Source of the DNA: the human T2T-CHM13v2.0 reference genome, Homo sapiens
DNA length: 64,000 nt
Direction: 5' to 3' (one strand)
Assembly: GCF_009914755.1 (NCBI RefSeq)
Contig: NC_060925.1
The translations under genes and the position numbers were made by a program. A model generated the notes under the pieces. It saw only the letters and a list, made by a program, of their open reading frames with translations. It ran no database searches and was not told the DNA's origin. Shown piece by piece: positions 32,625 through 47,605 of this stretch (position 1 is its first letter; each line of letters starts with the position of its first letter).

Positions 32625-33025
32625 TGATATGGTCTGGATGCCTTTCTCCTCCAAATCTCATGTTGAAGTATGATCCCCATTGTTGGAGGTAGAGCCTAGT
32701 GGGAGGTGTTTGGGTCACGGGGCAAATCCCTCATGAACGGTTTGATGTCCTCCCCATGGTAATGAGTGCATTCTCACTCTGTGAGTTCACACAGAGCTGG
32801 CTGTTTAAAAGAGCCTGGTGCCTCTCTTGCTCTCTCTTTCACCATGTGACTCGTCTGCTCCCCTTTCACCTTCCACCATGACTGAAATCTTCCTGAGGCC
32901 TCAACAGGAGGAGATGATGGTGCCATGCTTCCTGTACAGTCTGCAGAACCATGAGCCAAATAAACATCTTTTCTACTTACCCAGTCTTAGATATTCCTTC
33001 ATAGCAATGCAAAATGTCTAATACA
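32625..33025 (+). mobile_element. MST-family (MSTB-like) MaLR solo LTR
   Basis: TG...CA termini (tgatatggtctggatg...gtctaataca); 5-bp TSD atgac/atgat. Confidence 0.85.
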
Positions 33026-33324
33026 ATGATCTACAGGTCACATGAAAAACATTCTTTATTTTCTCAAGGAATTAAATTTATTAATTTTTTTAATCAAATA
33101 TGCACTTTCATATTTTTGAGCTCCTTGCTTCCAGAACAATAGTTGTGGTCCTGGATAAACTAATACATATGGGTGCCCTAAAGGAGGGGCACACAGAAGG
33201 CTTCAAAGATAATGGAGCAGTTCTACTTCTTAAACTTGGGTAGTAGGACCACATAATTTGCCAGCCCTTGCTTTATATCATGTACATATTTTATAAATAT
33301 TCATCTCTATCTATTCAGTATTTA

Positions 33325-33582
<258 letters not shown>

Positions 33583-33680
33583 CTAATAGTCCAATGAATA
33601 ATAGTCATACGAATATTAACATGAAAAGGGCACAAAGCATGTGATTTAGGAGTAGTATAATCTTCCCCAACCCCACCCTA

Positions 33681-33887
<207 letters not shown>

Positions 33888-34588
33888 CTAAAGGACAAAC
33901 ACAAGACATCAATTTCTATGTGTGTAAGGAGAAAAAAGGGAAAAGGAAAAATGAACACAATCTAAAAACTTTAAACTGAAAAGAGACACTATACATTTTT
34001 TAAAAGGATATTTCCATTTCTAAAAATTGTCTCCATACTGAATAAGAAGGATCACACACGTAATTGTGGACATACCACTCCACAAGCAAAATCTGCCCTT
34101 TGAGGTAAAAGTTAGTTCTTATTTTGCTTGTTTAAATTTTTTAAAGGCCATTACTAGATCCATATAACCCACAGCACCTCTCCTACTTCCTCATATCAGG
34201 GCTCAATCTGGCTGTATATTTTAAGAATGGAAGGGAACTTAACAGTAAACCTATATCAAGAACTGTGGTCTTAAATCTAATTGTTAAAAAATTTGTCTCT
34301 GAAATCACTAATAATCACTATTTAGACCCTCCTATAGAAAGGAACATAAAAACTGTTCAAATGCTGTAAGAACACAGAACAGAAAAGTCCAAAAACACAG
34401 CCAAGTGCTCATGGAAATCTAGTCTATGATAAAAGTGAAAGCTAAACTATTAGGACAGAGATGAACTAAATAAATGGTGCTAGAACAAATCATCAGTAAT
34501 GTGGAAAACATAAAATAAGATACATATCTTACATCACATATAAAAATAAACTCCAAATGTATCAGGAATCAAAATATAAAATAAGAAA

Positions 34589-34870
34589 TCAGGGCGCAGT
34601 GGCTCACATCTGTAATCCCAGCACTTTGGGAGGACAAGGTGGGCGGATCACTTGAGCTCAGGAGTCCAAAATCAGCTGGGGCAACATGATGAAACCCCAT
34701 CTCTACAAAAAACATAAAAATTAGTTGGGTGTGGTGACACGCACCTGTAGTCCCAGCTACTTGGGAGGCTAAGGTGGGAGGGTCACTTGAGCCTAAGAGG
34801 TCAAGGATACACACAGTGAACCCTGACTGCGTCACTGCACTCCAGCCTGCATGAGAGAGCGAGACTTTTT
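34589..34870 (+). mobile_element. Alu (AluJ-like)
   Basis: Dimeric Alu body. Confidence 0.85.
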
Positions 34871-35226
34871 TTTTTTTAAAAAAAGAGACAATACTGGTAA
34901 TTCCTCTAAAACCTAGGTGTAGAAAAAGGTTTTCTATTACCCAAAATCTAGACACAATTAAAGAAAAAAAATTGATAAATTTGACTATAGAAAAATAAAA
35001 ATTTTATGCATGGCAAATACCTTAAACTAAGCCAAGACCATTAAAAAATTGGAATAAAATTATTTGCAACATTTACCTCAGATAAAAGGCTATCATCACT
35101 AATTTTAAAAAACTCTTAACAATTAATGGAAAATCATATCTCATAATATAACATACCAAAAATGTGAATTTTATTATATGTGAGTTTTGAAAAAGACGTT
35201 CAATGTCATTCATAATTGTAAAACAA

Positions 35227-35540
35227 GGTTGGGCATAGTGGCTCAGGCCTGTAATCCCAGCACCTTGGGAGGCTGAGGCAGGTGGATCACTAGAGGTCAG
35301 TAGTTCAAAACCAACCTGGCCAACATGGCAAGACGTCATCTCTACTAAAAATACAAAAAATTGGCTGGGTGTGGTGGTGCACACCTATAGTCCCAGCTAT
35401 AGGAGGCTAAGGTGGGAGAACTAGTTCAACGTGGGAGATGGAGGTTGCAGTGAGCCGAGATCGTCCCATTGCACCCCAGCCTGGGCGACAGAGCGAGACT
35501 CCGTCTCAAAGATAATAAATAAATAAACAAACAAACAAAC
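35227..35540 (+). mobile_element. Alu
   Basis: Dimeric Alu with (taaa)/(caaa) tail. Confidence 0.88.
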
Positions 35541-35665
35541 TGAAATTAAAACTATACTGAAATACCACTTCTCATCTATCTGATAAAAATTTAAAATTGT
35601 GACTATATATGCTGTTAAGAAAGGCTATGAAGAAATAGGTACTCATGCATCGTTAGTAAGAATGT

Positions 35666-36225
<560 letters not shown>

Positions 36226-36239
36226 GAATGCAACATTTC

Positions 36240-37090
36240 CTTTTAGAGAGGGATTTGGCAATATCTTATAAAATTACATATGCAGTCAATATCACTAATA
36301 ATCAGGGAAATGCAAATCAAAACCACAATGAGATACCACTTCATACCCAATAGGATGACTATTATCAAAAACAGAGAAAGCAAGAAAATAAGAAAATAAC
36401 ATGTGTTGGCAAGGATGTAGAGAAATTGGAAACTTTGTGCATTGCTTGTAGAAATGTAAAATGGTGCTGCCATTGTAGGGCACAGTACAGTGGTTCCTCA
36501 AAAAATTAAACACTGAATTATCATATGATCCACTTATTCCACTTCTGGATATATACCCAAAAGAACTGAAAGCAGATACTTCTACTATAGATATCTGTAC
36601 ATCAATGTTCATAGCAACATTATTCACAACAGCCAAAAGTGGAAACCACCTAAGTGTTCACAAATAAAAAAATGGATAAACAAAATGTGGTATGTGTGTG
36701 CTGTGTGTGTGTGTATGTGTGCTGTGTGTGTATACATACATACAATGGAATATTATTTAGCCTTAAAAAGGAAAGAAATTTTGACACATGCTACAACATG
36801 GATGAACCTGAAGATATTATACTAAGTGAAACGAGCCAGACATAAAATAATAAATATTGTATGATTGCATTTATAAAAGGTACGTAGAATAGTCAAATTC
36901 ATAGAGACGGGAATTAGACTAGTGGTTACCAGAGGCTGAGGGGAGAGAGAAACAGAGTTATTATTTAATGGGGTACACAGTTTTCAATGTGGGGTGATGA
37001 AAAAGTTCTAGAGATGAATAATGATGATAGTTGTACACAACGTGAATGTATTAAATGTCACTGAACTCTACACTTAAAAATGGTTCAAAA
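36240..37090 (+). mobile_element. L1M (L1MA/MB) 3' fragment
   Basis: gaaatgcaaatcaaaaccacaatgagataccac, tatgatccac..attccacttctgg, acaacatggatgaacctg. Confidence 0.8.
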
Positions 37091-37091
37091 A

Positions 37092-37406
37092 GGCCAGGTG
37101 TGGTGGCTCACGCCTGTAGTTCCAGCACCTTGGGAGGCTGAAGCAGGAGAATTGCTTGAGCTCAGGAGTTCAAGACCAGCATGGGCAACATGGCGAAATC
37201 TCATCTCTACAAAAAATACAAAAATTAGCCAGGCATGGTGCCGCATGCCTATAGTCCCAGCTACCCAGGAGGCTGAAGTGGGAATATCACTTGAGCTTGG
37301 GAGGTTGAGGCTGCAGTGAGCTGGGATGATGTCACTGTACTCCAGCCTGAGCAACAGAGTAAGATCCTGTCTCCAAAAAATAAAAAAATAAAAAATAAAA
37401 AAAATA

Positions 37407-37449
<43 letters not shown>
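37092..37449 (+). mobile_element. Alu (AluJ-like) followed by a (CA)~19 microsatellite
   Basis: Alu body, A tail, then a cacaca run at ~37410-37449. Confidence 0.9.
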
Positions 37450-37451
<2 letters not shown>

Positions 37452-37805
37452 TTAAATTGGTAAATTTTACATTAGGCTTTACCATACACACAAAAAAATC
37501 ATCACAATATATAAGGAACTCACACTATTCAATTGCAAAAAAAAAAAAAAAAAACCTCTGATTACGAATGGGCAAAAGACCTGGATAGACATATTTCCAG
37601 AAACATACAAATGGCCAACAAGTTTATGAAAAGATGCTCCACATCACTAATCATCAGGAAAATGCAAATCAAAATCACAATGAGGTATCACTTCATATCT
37701 GTTAGCATGGTTATTATCAAAAAGATAAAAGATAACAAGTGTTGGTGAGGATGCGGAGAAAAGGAAATCTTGGTATACTGCTGGTGAGAATATAAATTAG
37801 TATAG

Positions 37806-38773
37806 GCTGCTCTGCCTATGGAGTAGCCATTCTTTATTCCTTTACTTTCTTAATAAACTTACTTTCACTTTATGGACTTGTCCTGAATTCTTTCTTGCAC
37901 AAGATCCAAGAACCCTCTCTTGGGGTCTGGATCAGGGCCCCTTTGCAGTAACATCTTTCTGGCAAACCATGGAAGGGACAATACTGAGGAGATCCTCCCG
38001 ACCCAAAAGAAATAGACTGCAGCACTGATTGGCCAACTCTGGATATCACCTTTTGTCGGAACTCGGAGTTATAAGCGACCCTCACCCTGACGCTTTCTGA
38101 CTGAGCTCCTCTCTATCCTGAATACAAGAGACCCTAATAATTAGACAGGAATATCATTGCCCCTATTCAGCATGAAAAAGTTTACAGAAGATGGATCTTT
38201 GTCCCTCTGCAACCCTTAGGATTAAGGGTTCTTTTATAAAAGGGAGAGGGGAAATGTCACAGGTGTTTGAACTAGAGCAACTTCATCTTAAGTAGGGGCT
38301 GGGTAAAATAAGGCTGGGACGTACTGGACTGCATTCCCAAGAAGTTAGACATTCTAAGTCACAGGATAAGATAGGAGATCAGCACAAGATACAGGTCATA
38401 AAGACCTTGCTGATAAAACAAGCTGTGGTAAAGAAGCCAGCTAAGACCCACCAAAACCAAGATGGTGATGAGTGACCGCTGGTCGTCATTGCTGCTCATT
38501 ATATGCTAATTATAATGCATCAACATGCTAAAAGACATACCCATCAGCACCATGACAGTTTACAAATGCCATGGCAACGTCATTTTACCCTATATGGTCT
38601 AAAATGAGGAGGCATGAATAACCCACCCCTTGTTTAGCATACGATCAAGAAATAACCACAAAAAGGGGCAACCAGCAGCCCCTGGGGCAGCTCTGCCTAT
38701 GGAGTAGGCATTCTTTATTCCTTTACTTTCTTAATAAACTTCCTTTCACTAAAAAAAAAAAAAAAAAAAAAAA
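37806..38773 (+). mobile_element. Processed (L1-retroposed) MER41A-type ERV1 transcript: R-U5-PBS-leader/3' internal-PPT-U3-R-poly(A)
   Basis: R sequence ctctgcctatggagtag.cattctttattcctttactttcttaataaactt.ctttcact at both ends; LTR CA end at 37953; polypurine tract 38238-38254 then TG at 38255; A24 tail; 19-bp TSD with 17/19 identity. Confidence 0.88.
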
Positions 38774-38837
38774 AGAATGTAAGTTAGTATAGCCATGAAG
38801 GAAAACAGGATAGGGGCTCTTTAAAAAATTAAAAATT

Positions 38838-39138
38838 GGCAGGGAACAGCGGCTCATGCCTGCAATCCCAGCACTTTGGGAGGCCGAGGTGGGCAGATCA
38901 CCTGAGGTCAGGAGTTCGAGACCAGCCTGGCCAACATGGAGAAACCCCGTCTCTACTAAAAATACAAAATTAGTCAGGCGTGGTGGCACATGCCTGTAAT
39001 CCCAGCTACTCAGGAGGCTAAGGCAGGAAAATCACTTGAACCCAGGAGGCGGAAGTTGCAGTGAGCTGAGATCGTGCCATTGCACTCCAGCCTGGGCAAC
39101 TAAGTGAGACTCCGAATTAAAAAAAAAAAAAAAAAAAA
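38838..39138 (+). mobile_element. Alu (AluS-like)
   Basis: Dimeric Alu with TSD aaaaattaaaaat. Confidence 0.9.
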
Positions 39139-39326
39139 TTAAAAATAGAACCATCCTATGATTCAGCAATTCCTCTTCTGGGTATATACCAAAGGAAATG
39201 AAATCAGTAGCTTAAAGACATATCTGCACTCCCATGCTCAGTGCAGCATTATTCACAATAACCAAGATAAGGAAATAACCCCATTGCCAGATGAACGGAT
39301 AAATTGTGATACATATTTAAAATCAC

Positions 39327-39650
39327 ACTGGGCATGGTGGCTCATGCCAGGCGTGGTGGCTCACGCCTATAATCCCACACTTTGGAAGGCTGAGGCGGGT
39401 GGATCGCCTGAGCTCAGGAGTTCAAGACCAGCCTGGCCAACATGGTGAAACCCTGTCTCTACTAAAAATACAAAAAAATTAACTGGGTGTGGTAGCGCAT
39501 GCCTCTAGTCCCAGCTACTTGGGAGGGTGAGGCAGGAGAATCGCTTGAGCTCCAGGGGCGAAGGTTGCAGTGAACCAAGATCGTGTCACTGCACTCCAAC
39601 TTGGGCTACAGAGTGAGACTCCATCTCGAAAAAATAATAATAATAAAATA
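39327..39650 (+). mobile_element. Alu with a short 5' duplication
   Basis: gggcatggtggctcatgcc-aggcgtggtggctcacgcc followed by a full Alu. Confidence 0.88.
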
Positions 39651-40714
39651 AATTCACATTACGTCACAATTATTTTTAGTGCTCTCTCTCTCTATATATA
39701 TATATATAAAGTATACATAGTACAGATTATGTAGAATATTCTATATATTTATTCTATATATTCTATACTATATGTATTCTTTGTGTGTGTATATTCATCC
39801 ACACACACACATAGCAAAGAAAGCAAAGTACAAAAGAGTACCTCTAATGTGCTACCTTTTGTGTATGAAAGAAGAATAAGAAATATACAAGTACCTATTC
39901 ATTTGTGGAAAAAGAAACACAGGAAGCAAAAACCAGAAACAAATCAGACTGGCTACCCACAGGAGATGGACAAAACTGGGTGGGAAGGAGGCACTGGAAA
40001 CAGAGTACACAGGATGGGGAGCAGTAACACTTCTGAGTATCTGTTTTTGTAAAATTCTGATGTTTAGAACCATGTTTGTGTTTTGCCTAATCAAAATAAA
40101 ATTTTAAAATCAGCAAGGATGGGGGAAATAAAACCCAAATGAATACAAACACAAACAAATGAATCTGTTATTTTAAATGAGTATCATAACCACACTGAAG
40201 GAGGGTGAAGGAAAGGTAGAACTGACCCAAGTAACTTTTGAACACAGTATTCTGACTATACTCTCACGCTGAATATAAAAACAACTGTAAAAAAATTCTG
40301 AGCTCTAATTAGAAGGTTTATTTTCCACAGAGGTATGGATTTACAAATCTGAAACTACTATTATTAGAATACTAAGTGTATTCTATGATGAGCAATTAGA
40401 TAAACATTGTGGATAATGGGAGTCAAATTTCTTACTGTCAGAGAACAAATACAAATATGGAAAGGGAGAAGGCAGAAATGAACCCTGTGGTATTAGACTA
40501 TAATTAAAGTATCTGGATGAACTTATTATTATGTAGACAGACAGATACAGAACTAGATATGTGCACAGACATATATACAAACATGTATTTCCCAGCACTG
40601 GCCTCTGAGAGGGCCTAGAAGCAATGATACACCAGTAGCAACAAGCACACCTGGCACTCAGATCTTGGTTTCTAAATACCATTTACCACTAAATGGAACC
40701 AGGGCTTTTGGTTG

Positions 40715-41520
40715 GTACTGCCGTCTTCCAGTAATTCACCAAAACGACAAACACAGGGAAAGAGAAGAATTACCCAATATATGTTCTCTAGGCCTTTTAG
40801 AAAACATGGAGTTGTTCCTTGGGCCACGTGCATGCAAATCTATAAGAAAGGCAATACTGTAGACATCAAGCGAACGGGTACTATTCAAAAAGGAATGCCC
40901 AAAAGCATTACCTGGGAAAAACTGGAAGAGTCTACAATGTTACCCAGCATGTTGTTGGCACTGCTGTAAACAAATTAAGGGCAAAATTCTTGCCAAGAGA
41001 ATTAACGTGCACATTGAGCACATTAAGCGCTCTAAGACCCAAGATAGCTTCTGAAATGCATGAAAGAAGATGATCAGAAAAAGAAGGAAGCCAAAGAGAA
41101 AGGTACCTGGTTTCAGCTGAAGCACCAGCCTACTCCACCCAGGGAATCCCACTGTGTGAGAACCAACGGGAAGGAGCCTGAGCTGCTGGAACCTATTCCC
41201 TATGAATTCATGGCATGATAGGTATAAAAAAATAAAAGACCTCTGGACTGCAAAATTGTTTCTCTTTATTTAGTAGAGAAGTGTGGTGTCCTCTCCCCCA
41301 AAAAAATATTTAAAGCAGATTTTAATTGTGTCCTAACTCATTGTGTAATGTCTTTACTGTTCAGACTTAGTATTTTTCTTGCTGAAAGATGTGAGGTGGC
41401 TTATCGTGCAACAAATTACTCAACTGGTTAGAAAACAATCAGATATTATTTATGAAATACTTGTACTGGTTTGAAGATAGTCCTTCTAAATCATAAAAAA
41501 AAATTTACAAAAAATAAAAA
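40715..41520 (+). pseudogene. Processed pseudogene of ribosomal protein L21 with an extended 3' tail (start codon mutated to ACG at 40744; stop 41216-41218)
   Basis: Intronless [14 protein letters not shown]...[17 protein letters not shown]...[14 protein letters not shown]...[16 protein letters not shown] with frameshifts; TSD aatggaaccagg at 40692-40703 and 41820-41831. Confidence 0.95.
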
Positions 41521-41523
41521 ACA

Positions 41524-41819
41524 GGCCGGGCACGGTGGCACATGCCTGCAATCCCAGCACTTTGGGAGGCCGAGGCATTTGGATCACTTGAGCCCAGGAG
41601 TTCAAGACCAGCCTGGCCAACACAGTGAAACCCCGTCTCTACAAAAAATACAAAAATTAGCTGAATGTGGTGGTGTGCTACACTGGAGACTGAGGTGGGA
41701 GGATTGTTTGACCTTGGAGGGGCCGAGATTGCAGTGAGCCAAGAAAGCACCACTGCACTCCGGCCTGGGCAACAGAGCAGGACCCTGTCTCAAAAATTAA
41801 TAATAAACAGATAAACAAT
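41524..41819 (+). mobile_element. Alu inserted in the poly(A) tail of the RPL21 retrocopy
   Basis: Alu body lies inside the pseudogene TSD. Confidence 0.88.
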
Positions 41820-42009
41820 AATGGAACCAGGCCTCCTTCAGAGAAATGGCTGGTTCCAGAGCACAGCCAGGGGAAGTATGAGTCTGGAACACTTTGCTAT
41901 GCCAGAAAGTAATGAAGTATTCAAAGAATAATGAGGGCATATCAAAAGGTCACGGAAAGGGATTCCCACCAGCCATCTGCAATTATTTTAGCATCAAAAT
42001 AAATAATGA

Positions 42010-43011
<1,002 letters not shown>

Positions 43012-43732
43012 TCAGTGGTGATAGAAGTATTTACTGCATGAAAGTTTGATGAGGAACAGGATAGTCTCAAAATACCTCCTACAAGATCTTATTAACCACA
43101 AAGTAAAAAACAGTAACTTTACAGTGAAGACTTACCTTAAAGCAAGTGATCAAAGTTAAATCACCACTGAGTAGGATATGACATCATGTTTGTGGTATTT
43201 TTGCCAAAAATTCATAATATGAATCTAACAGAAAACATCAGACAGACCCAAACTAAGGAACATTCTACAAAATGAATGGCCTGTTCTCCCAAAATGTCAA
43301 TGTCCTGAAAGACAAGAATAACTGAAGAACTGTTCTCAGCTAAAGGAGATTAAAGACAAGACAACTAAAGGCAATGCATCATCCTTGACTGGATCCTAGA
43401 CCGGAAAAAAAACCATTTTTGTTCTATTTTACTATGAGGACATTAGTCAAACAAGTGGCAAAATTTGAATAAGGGCTATAGATTGAGTAAGGGCTATAGA
43501 TTCAGTAACAGTACTATATCAATGTTAATTTTTTAATTTTACTAAGTGTACCGTGCTTATGTAAAAGAATGCACTTGTTTTTAGGAACTTTATATTTAGA
43601 GGTTAGGGGCCTTATGTCTACAATTTACTCTCAAGGTTCAGAAAAACTTAATATGCCTACGTATGTACAGGCAGATAAAGAAGATGATAAAGTGAATCTG
43701 TTAAAATGTTAATATTTGAGAAATCTGGTTCA

Positions 43733-44089
<357 letters not shown>

Positions 44090-44245
44090 CTACAAAATCA
44101 TCTTGAACTGTTTGTGACCTGTAGCCTTATTCTTGTCAATATCCTTTGCCTTTTGGCTATTAAAATATTCTATTCCAGAAAACTGAAGAGAATCCACAGA
44201 GTTGCACTGACATTAGAAGAGGGAGTTCATTTAAAAAATATTGTC

Positions 44246-44465
44246 CCAGCCTGGGCAACATAGCAAGACCCTATCTCTACAGAAAAATAAGAAACTTAGC
44301 CAGGCACAGTGGCACATGACTGTAGTCTCAGCTTCTTAGGAGGCTGAAGCAGGAGGACTGCCTGAGCCCAGGAGTTGAAGGCTGCAGTAAGCTGTGACTA
44401 CACCACTATAATCCAGCCTGGGCAACAGGGTGAGACCCTGTCTCAAAAAAATAAAAATAAAAAAT
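44246..44465 (+). mobile_element. 5'-truncated Alu
   Basis: Alu 3' part with TSD aaaaatattgtc. Confidence 0.85.
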
Positions 44466-44714
44466 ATTGTCAATTCACAGGATTGTCATAGCCAGAAATT
44501 CTTTTGTGTTATTGTTACTGTGTTTAAGGCTGACAGAGTTCAGAACACAAATTAATGTCAAAATAATGGATCTGAAATAGCCTGAGTAAAAATCCTTTCT
44601 TCTATACAAGAAATTAAGTCACTAAACAATACAAGTGGCAGCCCAGGCCCCTGTCCACTAAGACACATCCTCTCCTTAGGCTGGGGCTGTTAATTTCCAC
44701 CCCTACCTGGCCTA

Positions 44715-45233
<519 letters not shown>

Positions 45234-45258
45234 CTACATCAAAAATGTTATTAATAAC

Positions 45259-45611
45259 CATATTAGTTTGTTTTCATGCTGCTGATAAAGACATACCCGA
45301 AACTGGGAACAGAAAGAGGCTTAATTGGATTTACAGTTCCACATGGCTAGGGAGGCCTCAGAATCATGGCGGGAGGTGAAAGTCACTTCTTACATTGGCG
45401 GCAGGAGAAAAATGAAGCAGCAGCAAAAGCGGAAACCCCTGATAAACCCATCAGATCTCATGAGACTTATTCACTATCAGGAGAATAGCATGAGAAAGAC
45501 CAGCCCCCATGATTCAATTACCTCCCCCTGGGTCCCTCCCACAACACATGGGAATTCTGGGTGATACAATTCAAGTTGAGATTTGGGTGGGGACACAGCC
45601 AAACCATATCA
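45259..45611 (-). mobile_element. THE1-family MaLR solo LTR
   Basis: tattagtttgttttcatgctgctgataaagacatacc...ggggacacagccaaaccatatca. Confidence 0.88.
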
Positions 45612-46452
45612 ATAAGTAAACAACTCTTGTCCTTTTCATCTTGGTTTCTCTCATTAAACAGATCCCAAACCCTACAGTTGCCCAGTCTCACATTTGCATA
45701 TCTAGGCCTTTTCACATATATTATCTCATTTAACACTTTCAACAGCAGTATGAAGTAGGTATCATTAGCTCCATTTTATAAAAGTTGACATTGAAGACCA
45801 GAATGGTTCACTTGATGAGAGTCCCCAAAGCTAGTGACTTAATTCTGGTGACTATTAAAGCTAGTGACTATTTTTCCTCTTTCACAGCTGTATCTCAAAG
45901 AGAAATAGGCTAAAACAAGAACATGCAATGGCAACAGGACAAAAGCTGCATTTCAATATAATGTCCTAACAGTAATGCTTTCTAACATTACAATTTTTTC
46001 TAAGATAAAATTAGTCTTCTTTCCTCAAAGATTCTTCTCTTTAAATACTGTAAGAAAACTATTTTATGTCAATCAGCCAAAGCTCCTCTTTGATAAGAAG
46101 CTTATCAAAGCCTTGCTTATCATTTCTCTTAAGACCCAAATGAAGAAAGGAGTTTATCTTCTGCTTCGTAAATGAAGTCAAACTCCTAAGTGCTAACTCC
46201 TACCTTAAAATTCTTGTCCAGAAAGGAAGAGAACTTATAAGTAGCACAAATCTAATTCAATTTAATAAGAAAAAATTAAATTTCTTTTCATATACAAAAT
46301 TAAATAAATAAAACCTGAGAATATCTAGACATGATTGTGTACAACCTTAACTATAAGCTCCTTGAGGGGCAAGACAGGGCAGGAACGAGCCATGTCCTCT
46401 GAGGCTTTGAATATCCCAGAGCAGGCCCCTTCCGATTTAAAGTGTGTGTTTA

Positions 46453-46725
<273 letters not shown>

Positions 46726-47356
46726 TCACCAACATCTGTACCAGTCTGACTTGTACTCCAGTCAACGCAGCCTCCCCACTTCTCCCAATACACCAGGCTC
46801 ACCCTGTCTCCATTCTTCTATTTGTTCCAGGCAGTCTTCCACTGGCTTCCACGTATTCTCTCCACATAGAGAACCCTGCCTATCCTTCAAACACATGTTC
46901 ATCTAACTTGATTTTACAACTCTCTAAGAATTTACTGAGCCTCTATTAGATAGCTTAGATGAAACAAAATGGAAATGAGAGGAACACTCAACAGCAGGGG
47001 AAGCATGTAAGTTCCTTGCAACCTTCCTAGGCCCTACCAACCTTCCAATATCAATTGTTGAAAACTTTATACACTGTCAAAAAAAAGTTTGCTAAATAGA
47101 TAAAACTGGTAAATATGACAAACCGATTCTTATGAAAACTGGTTTTTCAGCAATTTGGTCTAAAGCTCAGGTATCATGCTAGGTGCTTTACATGCACTAT
47201 CTCATTTAATCCTTAACCCAAGAAGGTAGGAATTATTATCTCCAGTTTAGATTAGGAAAGATAAAGTAATTCCCAGGCCACCCAGGTAGAAAGTGACAAA
47301 CCCAAGACTTTCACCCAGGTTTGTCTTAATTCCAAAATCTTTGCCCTTCACCACTA

Positions 47357-47605
<249 letters not shown>

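Noticed and set aside
43470-43505. 18-bp tandem duplication taagggctatagatt(g/c)ag
   Set aside because: Ordinary slippage duplication inside an old L1, with no sign of function.
45827-45872. Short repeats of aaagctagtgact
   Set aside because: Small local duplication in degenerate MIR-like sequence; it has no regular spacers and is not CRISPR-like.
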